Of a stretch of DNA of 64,000 nt, positions 1 to 9,058 are shown piece after piece. Each line of letters begins with the position of its first letter. The stretch's first letter is position 1. The DNA comes from Bdellovibrionota bacterium. GTDB taxonomy: Bacteria > Bdellovibrionota_C > UBA2361 > JBGSMV01. The notes beneath the pieces are model-generated. The model did no database searches and was not told the origin of the DNA. It saw only the letters and a program-made list of their open reading frames with translations. The translations under genes were made by a program, and so were the position numbers. The DNA is taken from assembly GCA_041739995.1 (NCBI GenBank), contig JBGSMV010000047.1, forward strand, positions 160,001-224,000, in the 5' to 3' direction.

Positions 1-333
1 GTAGGGGCAACATCAGCAGCTCCAAAAGCAGCTTGACCGTTAAGTGCGTAATGTAGCCATGAGTGGCTCATTACTCCGGTAGGGTGCCCCACACCTCTAC
101 TGAGGAAACCTACTGTGCAAGTTGCATGCCTGGCGGCTTGTTCAGTCTGCGGGTCGCAGGGAACCGGTTGATAGAGAACTAGGTATTTATCTAGTGAGCT
201 CGCGAGGCTGGCGGATTTGGTTGAGCAACCTGACTAGGGCCAATTTGCTCTTACGCTCAATGGCGAAGTAACGTTAGGGATATCCTGTTCTGGGTCGCCG
301 ACGCTCCCCAGAACAAAATGAGTTGGGGTACCT

Positions 334-1782
334 ATGCTTCTTCGACGGATCTATGACGAGAATCTAGCTGCGGCCACTTATTTGATTGGCTGTCAGCGAA
401 CAGGGGAATCTATCTTGATTGATCCTGAGAGAGATATCGACCGCTATCTCTCCATTGCGACGCGTGAGGGGCTCCGTATCACCGCAGTGACTGAAACCCA
501 TATTCACGCAGATTTCCTCTCTGGTACCAGAGAGGTGGCGGAGCAAACTGGTGCGACCGTGTACGTTTCCGATGAGGGCGGCCCGGATTGGAGCTACCAG
601 TGGCTAGATAAGAAAGCGTCTGGAGGCTCTTATAAACACGAGCTTTTGAAAGATGGGGCTATCTTTAACGTCGGGAACATTGAATTTAAGGTTCTTCACA
701 CCCCAGGACACACTCCAGAGCACATCTCATTCCTTGTAACCGACAAGGGCTCCGGCGCTACCGAACCGATTGGAATCGCCTCGGGAGACTTTCTCTTTGT
801 TGGAGATCTCGGAAGGCCTGACTTATTAGAGACCGCGGCAGGCAGAGTTGGATCTGCCGACGAGTCAGCTCATGTCCTCTATAAGTCTGTACAAAAGCTG
901 AGGAGTTTGCCCGACTTTGTGCAAGTGTGGCCTGCTCATGGCGCAGGAAGTGCGTGCGGAAAATCGTTGGGCGCGGTGCCGGTCTCAACTATTGGATATG
1001 AGAACCGCTTTAACCCCGCTATCAAATCTGCAACTAACGAAAGGGGCTTCGTTGATTATATTCTAGCAGGACAACCTGAACCGCCGCTCTATTTTGCACG
1101 GATGAAGCGAGAAAATAAGATTGGGCCGAGAATCCTCGGAGCCCTTCCTGAGCCGCGCGCACTCACTCTCTCAGACTTAAAAGGTATCAATACCAAAACT
1201 GACGTTCTGATTGACACGCGTGACTGGTCTCAGTTTCGAGCGGGGCACATTGCAGGATCTTTTTTCCACCCGTTTAACCGAAGTTTTGTTACCGATATCG
1301 GTTCAATGGTTGGGGACGACCCCAAAATCTATTTGATTTGTACTAAGAGCGAGCTCGAAGAGATTTCTCGAAACCTAGTCCGAATAGGCTTGGATCAAAT
1401 CTTAGGTTGGATTGAACCTTCAGCGGTTTCTGAGTTTGCTCAACAGGGAGGCCCGCTGATTAAAATACAAGAAGAAAGCGCGGCAGACCTTCGAAAGAAA
1501 ATTGACGCAGGCTCTGTCCACGTGCTTGATGTGAGAGGATTATCCGAATATCAAGAGGGTCACATTAAAGGGGCGCAACACATCGCGCACACGCGACTGG
1601 CTGGTAAACTGAAGGATGTCCCGACAGAGAAATCCCTAGCCGTTCATTGCAGGAGCGGGGTGCGTGCCTCGTATGCCTGTGCATTGCTGACGAGAGCTGG
1701 GTTCGACGTTATTAATCTTCGTGGCGGGATACTTGAATGGGAAAAGACGGGCTGCCCGACAGAGAAACAAAAAGAGGGGTGA
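334..1782 (+). CDS. MBL-fold persulfide dioxygenase fused to two rhodanese domains (CstB/Blh-like)
   Basis: THIHADFLSG metallo-beta-lactamase motif, HTPGHT, GDFLFVGDLGRPDL, PAHGAGSACG; C-terminal rhodanese GHIKGA...HCRSGVRA. Confidence 0.9.
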   Translation: MLLRRIYDENLAAATYLIGCQRTGESILIDPERDIDRYLSIATREGLRITAVTETHIHADFLSGTREVAEQTGATVYVSDEGGPDWSYQWLDKKASGGSYKHELLKDGAIFNVGNIEFKVLHTPGHTPEHISFLVTDKGSGATEPIGIASGDFLFVGDLGRPDLLETAAGRVGSADESAHVLYKSVQKLRSLPDFVQVWPAHGAGSACGKSLGAVPVSTIGYENRFNPAIKSATNERGFVDYILAGQPEPPLYFARMKRENKIGPRILGALPEPRALTLSDLKGINTKTDVLIDTRDWSQFRAGHIAGSFFHPFNRSFVTDIGSMVGDDPKIYLICTKSELEEISRNLVRIGLDQILGWIEPSAVSEFAQQGGPLIKIQEESAADLRKKIDAGSVHVLDVRGLSEYQEGHIKGAQHIAHTRLAGKLKDVPTEKSLAVHCRSGVRASYACALLTRAGFDVINLRGGILEWEKTGCPTEKQKEG

Positions 1783-1785
1783 ATC

Positions 1786-2343
1786 ATGAATCAAGCGCTT
1801 GAAGTAGATGTAAATACCGCGAAGCAGTGGATTAGTGACGGCCAGGCCGTTTTGGTGGACGTTCGTGAGAATGATGAATTCGTGGCCGAACATGTTCCGG
1901 GTGCCAAGCTTAACCCACTGTCAATTTTCGATCCCGCAGCTGTTGCACGAGAAGCGAAGGACGGAAATCAGAAAATTCTCTTGATGTGTAGGAGCGGAAA
2001 GCGTGCGAGCGATGCCCTGGTGCGATTAAAGAATGCAACTTCAGCTCAGGCTTACTGCGTGAGTGGCGGGATTGTCGCTTGGAAGAACGCAGGCTTTGAA
2101 ACCAAAGCGCTCGCCAACGCACCCATTTCGATTATGCGGCAAGTTCAGATTGTTGCGGGCTCGTTGGTAGTCGTCGGCATTATTTTAGGCGAAGCCGTCT
2201 CCCCTACCTTTCGCCTTGTTTCAGCCTTTGTTGGTGCTGGGCTTGTATTTGCAGGCGCTACAGGAACCTGTGGTTTAGCGGCAGTGCTGTCTTTCATGCC
2301 GTGGAATCGATGCGTCAGGGACTGCGCGCCTCAAAAGAGTTAA
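1786..2343 (+). CDS. Membrane-anchored rhodanese with DUF2892-type C-terminus (YgaP-like)
   Basis: DVRE..EHVPGA, CRSGKRA active-site loop; RQVQIVAG...GTCGLA..MPWN membrane tail; 3 nt after the upstream gene. Confidence 0.85.
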   Translation: MNQALEVDVNTAKQWISDGQAVLVDVRENDEFVAEHVPGAKLNPLSIFDPAAVAREAKDGNQKILLMCRSGKRASDALVRLKNATSAQAYCVSGGIVAWKNAGFETKALANAPISIMRQVQIVAGSLVVVGIILGEAVSPTFRLVSAFVGAGLVFAGATGTCGLAAVLSFMPWNRCVRDCAPQKS

Positions 2344-2365
2344 GAGTTAGGAGTTGCAAAATTTC

Positions 2366-2560
2366 CTATCTCTTAACTGGAGAAAGGACATCAAGAACGA
2401 AGTGATGAAAAATTCTTGTCCAGCCATCACTGCCTCGGCGCGAATCACTTCTCGCTACTGCCGAGGCCACATCATTATAGGTATTTCGATAAATAGATTG
2501 CGAGGTCTTGGAAGCGCACCCAGTGGAGATTAGGAGTATAAAGACAACAAGGCATCGCAT
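2366..2560 (-). CDS. Possible small lipoprotein
   Basis: MRCLVVFILLISTGC resembles a signal peptide II/lipobox; no homology recognised. Confidence 0.25.
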   Translation of the reverse strand: MRCLVVFILLISTGCASKTSQSIYRNTYNDVASAVARSDSRRGSDGWTRIFHHFVLDVLSPVKR

Positions 2561-2861
2561 AGTGATGATACTATAGCACACAAGGTGCCACTACCGAATG
2601 TTCGCCGCCGGTGATGTGACGACTATGCCTACGAACTTGTTTCCCCCTTAGATCAGTGAAATGACGAATCGTTTTCCTTCTGATGAGCCAAATTCTGCTG
2701 GAGGGTGCTTCTCGAATCTCTTAGAAAGGAACGCTGACACCCGACAAGTTCATACGGCGAACACGGCGCGATCGTCTACGGTTGCATATCGAATCGTGAC
2801 CACGCATCTTTGTACCAGACTCGCCGGCTAATTGTCTGCAAGAGAGGAATGCGAGCACGCG

Positions 2862-3821
2862 CTATGGCAGTGCAGAGAATCCAACCCACGCAGGAGCTGA
2901 GGGTGACGCAAAAATGTAAATGATGGTTCCGAGCGCTAAATACGGGCCAAACGGAAGTTGATACGTCATGCGCTTGCCTGACACTAAGATCAGCAATAAG
3001 CCAAGAACCGAACCCAACAAAGACCCAATGAACATAGTATAGAGCGCTCCGGGTAAACCGAAGAATGCGCCCGTAAGTGCGAGGAGCTTTACATCCCCAA
3101 GCCCAAGACCCTCACGCTTTCGTACGCGATAATAAACTTCCGCAATGAGGAACAGCACGCCGCCACCGAAGGCAACCCCAAGCAGTGAGTCGACGATACC
3201 TGGGGCAAAGGGCCAGCCAAGAATTTCAGTATATTCATTTACGATTGCAAATAGGACTCCAAGAATAGTTCCTGGAATCGAGATGACATCAGGGATGATG
3301 TAGTAGTCGATGTCGATAAAACTTATCACTATCAGCATCGCGCAAAAGAGGAACACGAAAAGAGCGGTCCAGGTGAGACCAAATGCTAAGAGTGAAAGTG
3401 CCGCGGTACTTGCAGACAGGAACTCTACCAGCGGGTATCGAAATGGAATCGAGGTTGCACAGAAGGCGCACTTCCCGCGAAGAAATAACCAGCTTAAGAG
3501 TGGAATATTGTGGTACCAGCAAAGCTGCTTTTGGCATGAAGGGCAGAATGAGCGAGCAGGATACGTCAGAGAGAGTTCGCGTTCTTCGGGCTGCTGCGGA
3601 GCCGATTCTTGAGGATGGGCTTGCGAAGCGGTTTGCGGCGTCGAGTTTTCTTCAGATGCTAGCGCAACGTTTTCAGGGGCACCCTCCCCTCCTTCTTGAC
3701 CTGCTTCTTCTAGCCCCCAATCCGGCGGTCCTTTCTGTCGTCCGTAGGGAATGCGGTAAATGCAGACAGAGAGAAAGCTGCCAATGATGAGACCCAATAT
3801 GATTGTGAAGATGAGAGACAT
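2862..3821 (-). CDS. pilD: Type IV prepilin peptidase (A24A) with low-complexity insertion
   Basis: GSFLSVCIYRIP, two CxxC pairs (CPSC, CAFC), IDIDYYIIPD, GLGDVKL, PFGPYLA. Confidence 0.9.
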   Translation of the reverse strand: MSLIFTIILGLIIGSFLSVCIYRIPYGRQKGPPDWGLEEAGQEGGEGAPENVALASEENSTPQTASQAHPQESAPQQPEERELSLTYPARSFCPSCQKQLCWYHNIPLLSWLFLRGKCAFCATSIPFRYPLVEFLSASTAALSLLAFGLTWTALFVFLFCAMLIVISFIDIDYYIIPDVISIPGTILGVLFAIVNEYTEILGWPFAPGIVDSLLGVAFGGGVLFLIAEVYYRVRKREGLGLGDVKLLALTGAFFGLPGALYTMFIGSLLGSVLGLLLILVSGKRMTYQLPFGPYLALGTIIYIFASPSAPAWVGFSALP

Positions 3822-3840
3822 GATCAACTTGAACGAAAGA

Positions 3841-3891
3841 TATTCCTAGAACGGTATTCCTAGAACACTGCTTCCTAGAACACTGCCTAGA
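3841..3891 (+). repeat. Short tandem repeat of about 14 bp (core TTCCTAGAAC), 3-4 degenerate copies
   Basis: tattcctagaacgg tattcctagaacac tgcttcctagaacac tgcctaga. Confidence 0.7.
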
Positions 3892-4080
3892 GCTCAAAAT
3901 CCAGCCTGGAATTCTAGGTAGGCGAACAAGCAAGCTAGCCAACACTGGCGAAGATACCCCCGCACATTCCAGAGGCCCTAGGATGCACCGCTTAGGGCGC
4001 TCTGCCTAGCGGGCATCTTTTCTCAAGGGGGGCGAAAAGCTCGAAATCGAGGCGGAGGAAGAAGGCCACGATGGTAGGGG

Positions 4081-4779
4081 TTAGCCTGCTTTATCGCGGA
4101 GCTTCTGCATAAGCCCACTAAACTCTTCCTTTCGAATGATCCCCGCAAACTCGCTGCGGTAATTGGCAACAAGACCGATGTTTTCAACCACCACGTCGTA
4201 GACTCTCCACTCTCCTTCAACAAATTGCAGCTTGTAATCAATGGGAAACGACTCTCCGCGAGAGGTAACCGTTGTTCTCACAATGGCGCGCGGATACTGC
4301 ACTTTCTCTTTGTCGACCGTGAGCATGTCTCGAGTGGCAGTTTCAACGCGGTCGAGATAGGTAGAGGCGAGAAGCTTAGAAAAGATACGGGAGAATTCAG
4401 CCTGCTCTTCTTTCGTGCGCTTAGGCCATTCAGGTCCAAGTGAGCGCTTCGCCATTTCGTCAAAATCAAAGCGAGGTTCTATGATACGTCTGAGCTCGTC
4501 TCTACGTTCTTTGGTGTGAGCGTCGCCCATCAGCCTTTCGTTGGTAGCAACCACCTGGTCAAGCGTGATTTTCACCTCTTTCAGAGGTGATGTGGCTGCA
4601 GCTTCTTTTTCCTCGGCGGAGCGGTTCTCAACAGTTGAAGCGGCATCAGCTAAAGCAGGTTCTGTGTTTGCGGTGGCAAGCGCGACCAGGGTGGCCAAGG
4701 AAAAAGCAGTGACCAGTGCAGCACGAAGAGGGTTTAAACTAATCACAAAAGGCGCACCCAGAAGTAAGGAAAATTTCAT
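4081..4779 (-). CDS. mlaC: MlaC/Ttg2D phospholipid-binding periplasmic protein
   Basis: FDFDEMAKRSLG, WRVYDVVVENIGLVANYRSEF; last gene of the mlaEFD cluster. Confidence 0.9.
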   Translation of the reverse strand: MKFSLLLGAPFVISLNPLRAALVTAFSLATLVALATANTEPALADAASTVENRSAEEKEAAATSPLKEVKITLDQVVATNERLMGDAHTKERRDELRRIIEPRFDFDEMAKRSLGPEWPKRTKEEQAEFSRIFSKLLASTYLDRVETATRDMLTVDKEKVQYPRAIVRTTVTSRGESFPIDYKLQFVEGEWRVYDVVVENIGLVANYRSEFAGIIRKEEFSGLMQKLRDKAG

Positions 4780-4883
4780 AACCAGCTCCGAAAGTACTTA
4801 AAGGAGAAACGAGAGTCTTTCAACGCTTGTTCCTAGACTCGTTCATTAGGGCGAGCTCATTCCCGATCAGACAAGGAAGGGCT

Positions 4884-5783
4884 TTACTTCTCTTCCTCGT
4901 CACCGCTTGTCATACTATGGATGATTTTCCCGATAATATCTTCGAAATCGACTGCTGATTCGGTTTCCGTCATTTTCCCATTTGGAGGCACCATGTCCTC
5001 AGAACCGCCGCGGGAGATCCTCACGTAACGAGCTCCAATGAGACCCTTAGAGCGAATAGCGGCGATATCATCATCTCGTATCTGCACGTCTTTCTGCAGG
5101 CGCATGGTAACAATAGCGGCTGGATCTTCAAAGGTAATGCCACGAACTTCTCCGACTTGTACGCCTGCAATCTCAACGCTCGCACCAATAGAGAGCCCCG
5201 CGATGCTATCAAATTCAGCAAACACATCGTAGGAGTCTGCAGCGTTGAGCTTGAAGCCCTGGCCACCGCCACCGAAGCTGCGAGTAAGATTGCCTACCAA
5301 GTCTTCAATATCCACAGTGGACTCAGTGTCGAGAAGAACCTGCCCCTCTTCAAGCATGGTGCTGGACGCTCCCCGTACAATTTTCACATAACGGTCGCCA
5401 ATGACTCCTTTCGTTCGAATGGCGGCGAGATCGTCAGAGCGAAGCTGAACACCCTTTCGAAGACTTAAAGTCAGGCGCGCTTGAGGGTCATTAAGTGATA
5501 TTGCTGTCACTTCTCCCACCTGTACTCCGGCTATTTCGACTGACGCGCCCTCTTTCAGACCGGCGATATTTTCGAAGTCTGCATATATCGAGTAGCTGCT
5601 TGAGCCAAAGATTTTTAAATCGCCAAGGCCAACAGAAAGGTACCCGGCAGCGGCGACACCAATCATCGTGAATAGCCCAACGAAGAACTCTGTCGAAAAT
5701 GACCGACTAGGCATCGGAATCTGGGCATGGGCGGGAACTTCTTTTGAAGCTACGCCTGGATTACTGGATTTGGATTGGTCCAT
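4884..5783 (-). CDS. mlaD: MlaD family protein with two tandem MCE domains (start may be ATG 5714)
   Basis: N-terminal TM helix (EFFVGLFTMIG...); two copies of IAGLxxGASVEIAGVQVGEV...AAIRxKGxIGxRYV. Confidence 0.9.
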   Translation of the reverse strand: MDQSKSSNPGVASKEVPAHAQIPMPSRSFSTEFFVGLFTMIGVAAAGYLSVGLGDLKIFGSSSYSIYADFENIAGLKEGASVEIAGVQVGEVTAISLNDPQARLTLSLRKGVQLRSDDLAAIRTKGVIGDRYVKIVRGASSTMLEEGQVLLDTESTVDIEDLVGNLTRSFGGGGQGFKLNAADSYDVFAEFDSIAGLSIGASVEIAGVQVGEVRGITFEDPAAIVTMRLQKDVQIRDDDIAAIRSKGLIGARYVRISRGGSEDMVPPNGKMTETESAVDFEDIIGKIIHSMTSGDEEEK

Positions 5784-6510
5784 CTACACTCCCACTCAAG
5801 AACTGCACTACAGCAGGGTTTTTAGAGCTCAGCAACTCATCAGGGGTTCCTTCGCAAATAATGCTTCCCCCCAAAATCATCGCCACACGATCAGAGACTT
5901 GAAATACTTCTGGTAATTCATGACTGATTACCACGCCGGTGAATCCCCAGAGCGCCTTGCTCTCCCGAATCAGGTCGTATACCTCCTGGCCAGTTAAAGG
6001 ATCCAGGCCGGTATTCGGCTCATCAAAAAGCAGCACTTTTGGCTCGGTAACGAGGCTACGAGCCATGCCGACGCGCTTCCTTGTAGCCATGGATATCTGT
6101 TGCGGCAACAGTGAGACGTAGTCTTCGAGGGAAAGCTGGTCAACCACAGCGCACACGCGGCGATGAACTTCCTCGGTGCCAAGGTGCAGGCGTTCTCTAA
6201 GACCGAAGGCGATATTGTCGTAGACCGTCAGTGAGTCAAAGAGTGCTGCCGACTGAAAGAGCACCCCCAGAGACGATCGGATATCGTTCTTGGTGGACTC
6301 AAGGCGCGCCTTTGTGATGCTTCGACCATCGATCAAGATCTCGCCGTCGTCTGGCTGCAAAATGCCCATGATGAGTTTAAGAAGCACGGATTTTCCAACA
6401 CCGCTCGGCCCTACGACCGCAGTGGTTTTCCCAGGAGCGATTTCGAGACTCACGTCCCGTAACACCACCTGAGTACCAAAGCTTTTAGAAATATTTCGGA
6501 CAGAGATCAT
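5761..6510 (-). CDS. mlaF: MlaF ABC ATPase
   Basis: Walker A GPSGVGKS, FQSAALFDSLTV, Walker B LLFDEPNTGLDP; lies between mlaE and mlaD. Confidence 0.88.
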   Translation of the reverse strand: MISVRNISKSFGTQVVLRDVSLEIAPGKTTAVVGPSGVGKSVLLKLIMGILQPDDGEILIDGRSITKARLESTKNDIRSSLGVLFQSAALFDSLTVYDNIAFGLRERLHLGTEEVHRRVCAVVDQLSLEDYVSLLPQQISMATRKRVGMARSLVTEPKVLLFDEPNTGLDPLTGQEVYDLIRESKALWGFTGVVISHELPEVFQVSDRVAMILGGSIICEGTPDELLSSKNPAVVQFLSGSVDGPIQIQ

Positions 6511-6517
6511 TTAAACC

Positions 6518-7324
6518 TTAGTCCATGAAAGCTCTGGTAAGAATGCTGGTGAGGAAGTAGTCGATCACCAATACCGCGACGGAAGCAGTCACCACACATT
6601 GAGTGGTGGCCTTGTTGACGCCAACTGCACCGAAACCACAGGTGTAGCCTTTGTAGCAAGAAACCCAACCGAAGATGACGCCGAACACCAAAGCTTTGAT
6701 GAGGCCAGAGGAGACATCAGTCATGGTGACCGCAGACTCCATCTGAGAGAGGAATGTTCCTGAACTTAATCCAAGCAATCCAACCGCGACGATGTAGCCA
6801 CCAAAGATGCCGACCACGATGTTCAAAGAGGCAAGAAGCGGCATCGCAACTACGCCGGCCAGAAAACGTGGTACCATCAAATAGCGAATGGGGTCTACGG
6901 CCATGGATCGTAGTGCATCAACTTGTTCGGTGATTCTCATAATGCCGAGCTCAGCAGTGATCGCTGAGCCCGCACGACCGATCACCATGAGAGCAGTAAG
7001 TACCGGGCCAAGTTCGCGAATGAGACTAAGCGCCACGGCAGAGCCGGTGTATGCGGTGGCCCCAAACTTACTCAAGGTGTACTCACCTTGCACGGCGAGC
7101 ACGGCACCGGTGAAGAGACCAATCAGTGCGATGACCAGCGCCGAGTTAGCCCCGATTTGAAGCATTTGTGTCAGAAACAGATGCCAGCGCATCGGTGGGG
7201 TAATGCAGCCGATAATGATTCGAAAGAAGAACACCCAAGATCGCCCCCATCCCTCGAGGATATCGAGCATGAATCTGCCGAGTTTTTCAGTGGCAGTGAT
7301 GGCGGGCGAGAAAGTGCTCAACAT
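6518..7324 (-). CDS. mlaE: MlaE ABC permease
   Basis: RELGPVLTALMVIGRAGSAITAELGIMRITEQVDAL. Confidence 0.93.
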   Translation of the reverse strand: MLSTFSPAITATEKLGRFMLDILEGWGRSWVFFFRIIIGCITPPMRWHLFLTQMLQIGANSALVIALIGLFTGAVLAVQGEYTLSKFGATAYTGSAVALSLIRELGPVLTALMVIGRAGSAITAELGIMRITEQVDALRSMAVDPIRYLMVPRFLAGVVAMPLLASLNIVVGIFGGYIVAVGLLGLSSGTFLSQMESAVTMTDVSSGLIKALVFGVIFGWVSCYKGYTCGFGAVGVNKATTQCVVTASVAVLVIDYFLTSILTRAFMD

Positions 7325-7412
7325 GGAAGAGTAGTTAATTCAGGAAATAAAATTATTCTGAAATTTCGCAAAGCGGCCTCCGGCTATTCTTCGCCCTTAA
7401 AGCCACTGTTCC

Positions 7413-8021
7413 CTAAGAACCCTGCCCCTTAAATCCAGAGCCCACCACATAGAATTCATTCGAGGTTTTCCTGGTGGCATCCAACTCAGAGCGGCTGACT
7501 TTATTAAACATTGGCCGAATCATTTTGACAAACTGTTCAGCTTCATTGCTTTTAAAAAGTTTGATGATGAGAGTGCCGTCATTTTCAAGGGTTTTTGTCG
7601 CAATGTGAAAGGCCAATTCAGCGCACCCTATGGTGGCGGCGCGGTCGGCCTCTTTGATGCCGGTGAGTTTTGGCGACATATCCGACAAAACTGCCTGAAA
7701 CTTCCCACCGGCGATGCCGAAGGCCTGAGATTGGACATCTTCGTCCGCAGCATCTCCGGTAATCAGGCGAACTTGAGGAAATGGCAGCGGTTCTATAGCT
7801 ACCAAATCTATGCCCACGACTACTCCAGAGCTCCCCACTAGGTCGGCGGCTACTTGAAGCCAGCCACCCGGCCAAGCGCCAAGGTCCAAAACTCGACTCC
7901 CTGGGCCTATGGCTTTAAAGCGCTTGTTAAGCTCAATAAGCTTATAGGCCGCGCGCGACCGAAAGCCTTCTTCCTTGGCCTTGCGATAGAGATGATCGGT
8001 TCGGTTATAACCCCCTGACAT
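7413..8021 (-). CDS. rlmE: 23S rRNA Um2552 methyltransferase
   Basis: KAKEEGFRSRAAYKL, VLDLGAWPGGW, VLSDMSP. Confidence 0.92.
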   Translation of the reverse strand: MSGGYNRTDHLYRKAKEEGFRSRAAYKLIELNKRFKAIGPGSRVLDLGAWPGGWLQVAADLVGSSGVVVGIDLVAIEPLPFPQVRLITGDAADEDVQSQAFGIAGGKFQAVLSDMSPKLTGIKEADRAATIGCAELAFHIATKTLENDGTLIIKLFKSNEAEQFVKMIRPMFNKVSRSELDATRKTSNEFYVVGSGFKGQGS

Positions 8022-8300
8022 AACCAAGCTTTCTATCAGGCCTGTAAAAAAGAGTCATTCCTAGCACCTCAGTTAGTAGCAAAAACCTCGCAGACAATGC
8101 GTCCACGGCCCTTCGATTCGGAGACCCGGAGCGTGCCGCCGCTCGCAAGGACCTCCTGTAATATCAATAACTTCTAGTTATACTCGATACTAGAAAAAGA
8201 CTTGAAGCTTCATCGATTGTTTTGTATAGAATAAGACTAGAAGTCGGCGGGTTTGTAGACGCTGAGTTTGGCAGGGCGTTACGTAATTGTAGGGGCACTT

Positions 8301-8492
8301 ATGTTGTATGAAGTCGATCTAAGCTTGGGTCTTGATGTGTTACTCACCCTTTTGACCGCATTTTACCTGGTTTGGTTGCTGTTCAAGGAAGGCCTGATTG
8401 CGAGGGGTGAAATGTTTAGCCTTGGTGCAGGCAATTTTTATTCTTCAGAAAAGCGCTCTTTGAGAAGTCAGAGGCTAGAAGTCAGAGGTTAG
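8301..8492 (+). CDS. Possible small membrane protein
   Basis: AGGGG about 5 nt before the ATG; hydrophobic segment LGLDVLLTLLTAFYLVWLLF; 3' end runs into a tandem repeat. Confidence 0.25.
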   Translation: MLYEVDLSLGLDVLLTLLTAFYLVWLLFKEGLIARGEMFSLGAGNFYSSEKRSLRSQRLEVRG

Positions 8493-8504
8493 AAGCAGAG
8501 GTTA
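8463..8504 (+). repeat. 14-bp tandem repeat AGAAGTCAGAGG(C/T)T x3
   Basis: agaagtcagaggct agaagtcagaggtt agaag-cagaggtta. Confidence 0.75.
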
Positions 8505-8680
8505 AGCGGTCAGCACTGATAATCTGCACTGCCAGAGAAGCAGCATTAGGGAGTGCGGCGTAGTCATCCCGACATTGTGAGCGCGATCAGCTGACGCGTT
8601 CTTGAAGCTCATTTCAAAATAAGCGTCTAATATATTGATGCACTCTCGCCGCCTCGAGCTATCCTTTTTCACTGGTCAGT

Positions 8681-8725
8681 ATTTCTTGCCTCTATGTTTC
8701 TTGCCGCTATGTTTCTTGCCTCTAT
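8681..8725 (+). repeat. 15-bp tandem repeat (G/A)TTTCTTGCC(T/G)CTAT x3
   Basis: atttcttgcctctat gtttcttgccgctat gtttcttgcctctat. Confidence 0.85.
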
Positions 8726-9058
8726 CCCAGCGGCTTCTCCGGTAATCGCCCACTTCGCAGCTGAATTACTTGTTGTAGGAGTCTCTGCAAACGGGTGGGT
8801 GTCGGACGCAACTTTAATCAAAAACCTTGGATAATAGAGCGTTGGCTGAGAGCAACGGCACTGTTGTTGTGCTTTTCACTATAATGAAGGGCTCGCAATA
8901 AATGGATTTGATTGCCTCGTGAGTGCTAGTTTGGAGGTCGGTAATTGCGTTATGTGGCCGAGTATTTAGGTGCATAATTAGGAGCAACGACCAGCAGCCG
9001 CCTCAGCAAGCAGCTCTTCTGTTCTAGTTCGTTTTCTCGTAGGTGCATAATTTAAATT

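Noticed and set aside
1..71. Possible minus-strand gene start running off the window (MSHSWLHYALNG...)
   Set aside because: Too short to assess and RBS spacing is poor.
8463..8725. Tandem repeats as a CRISPR array
   Set aside because: Units are 14-15 bp and contiguous, with no spacers and no cas genes.
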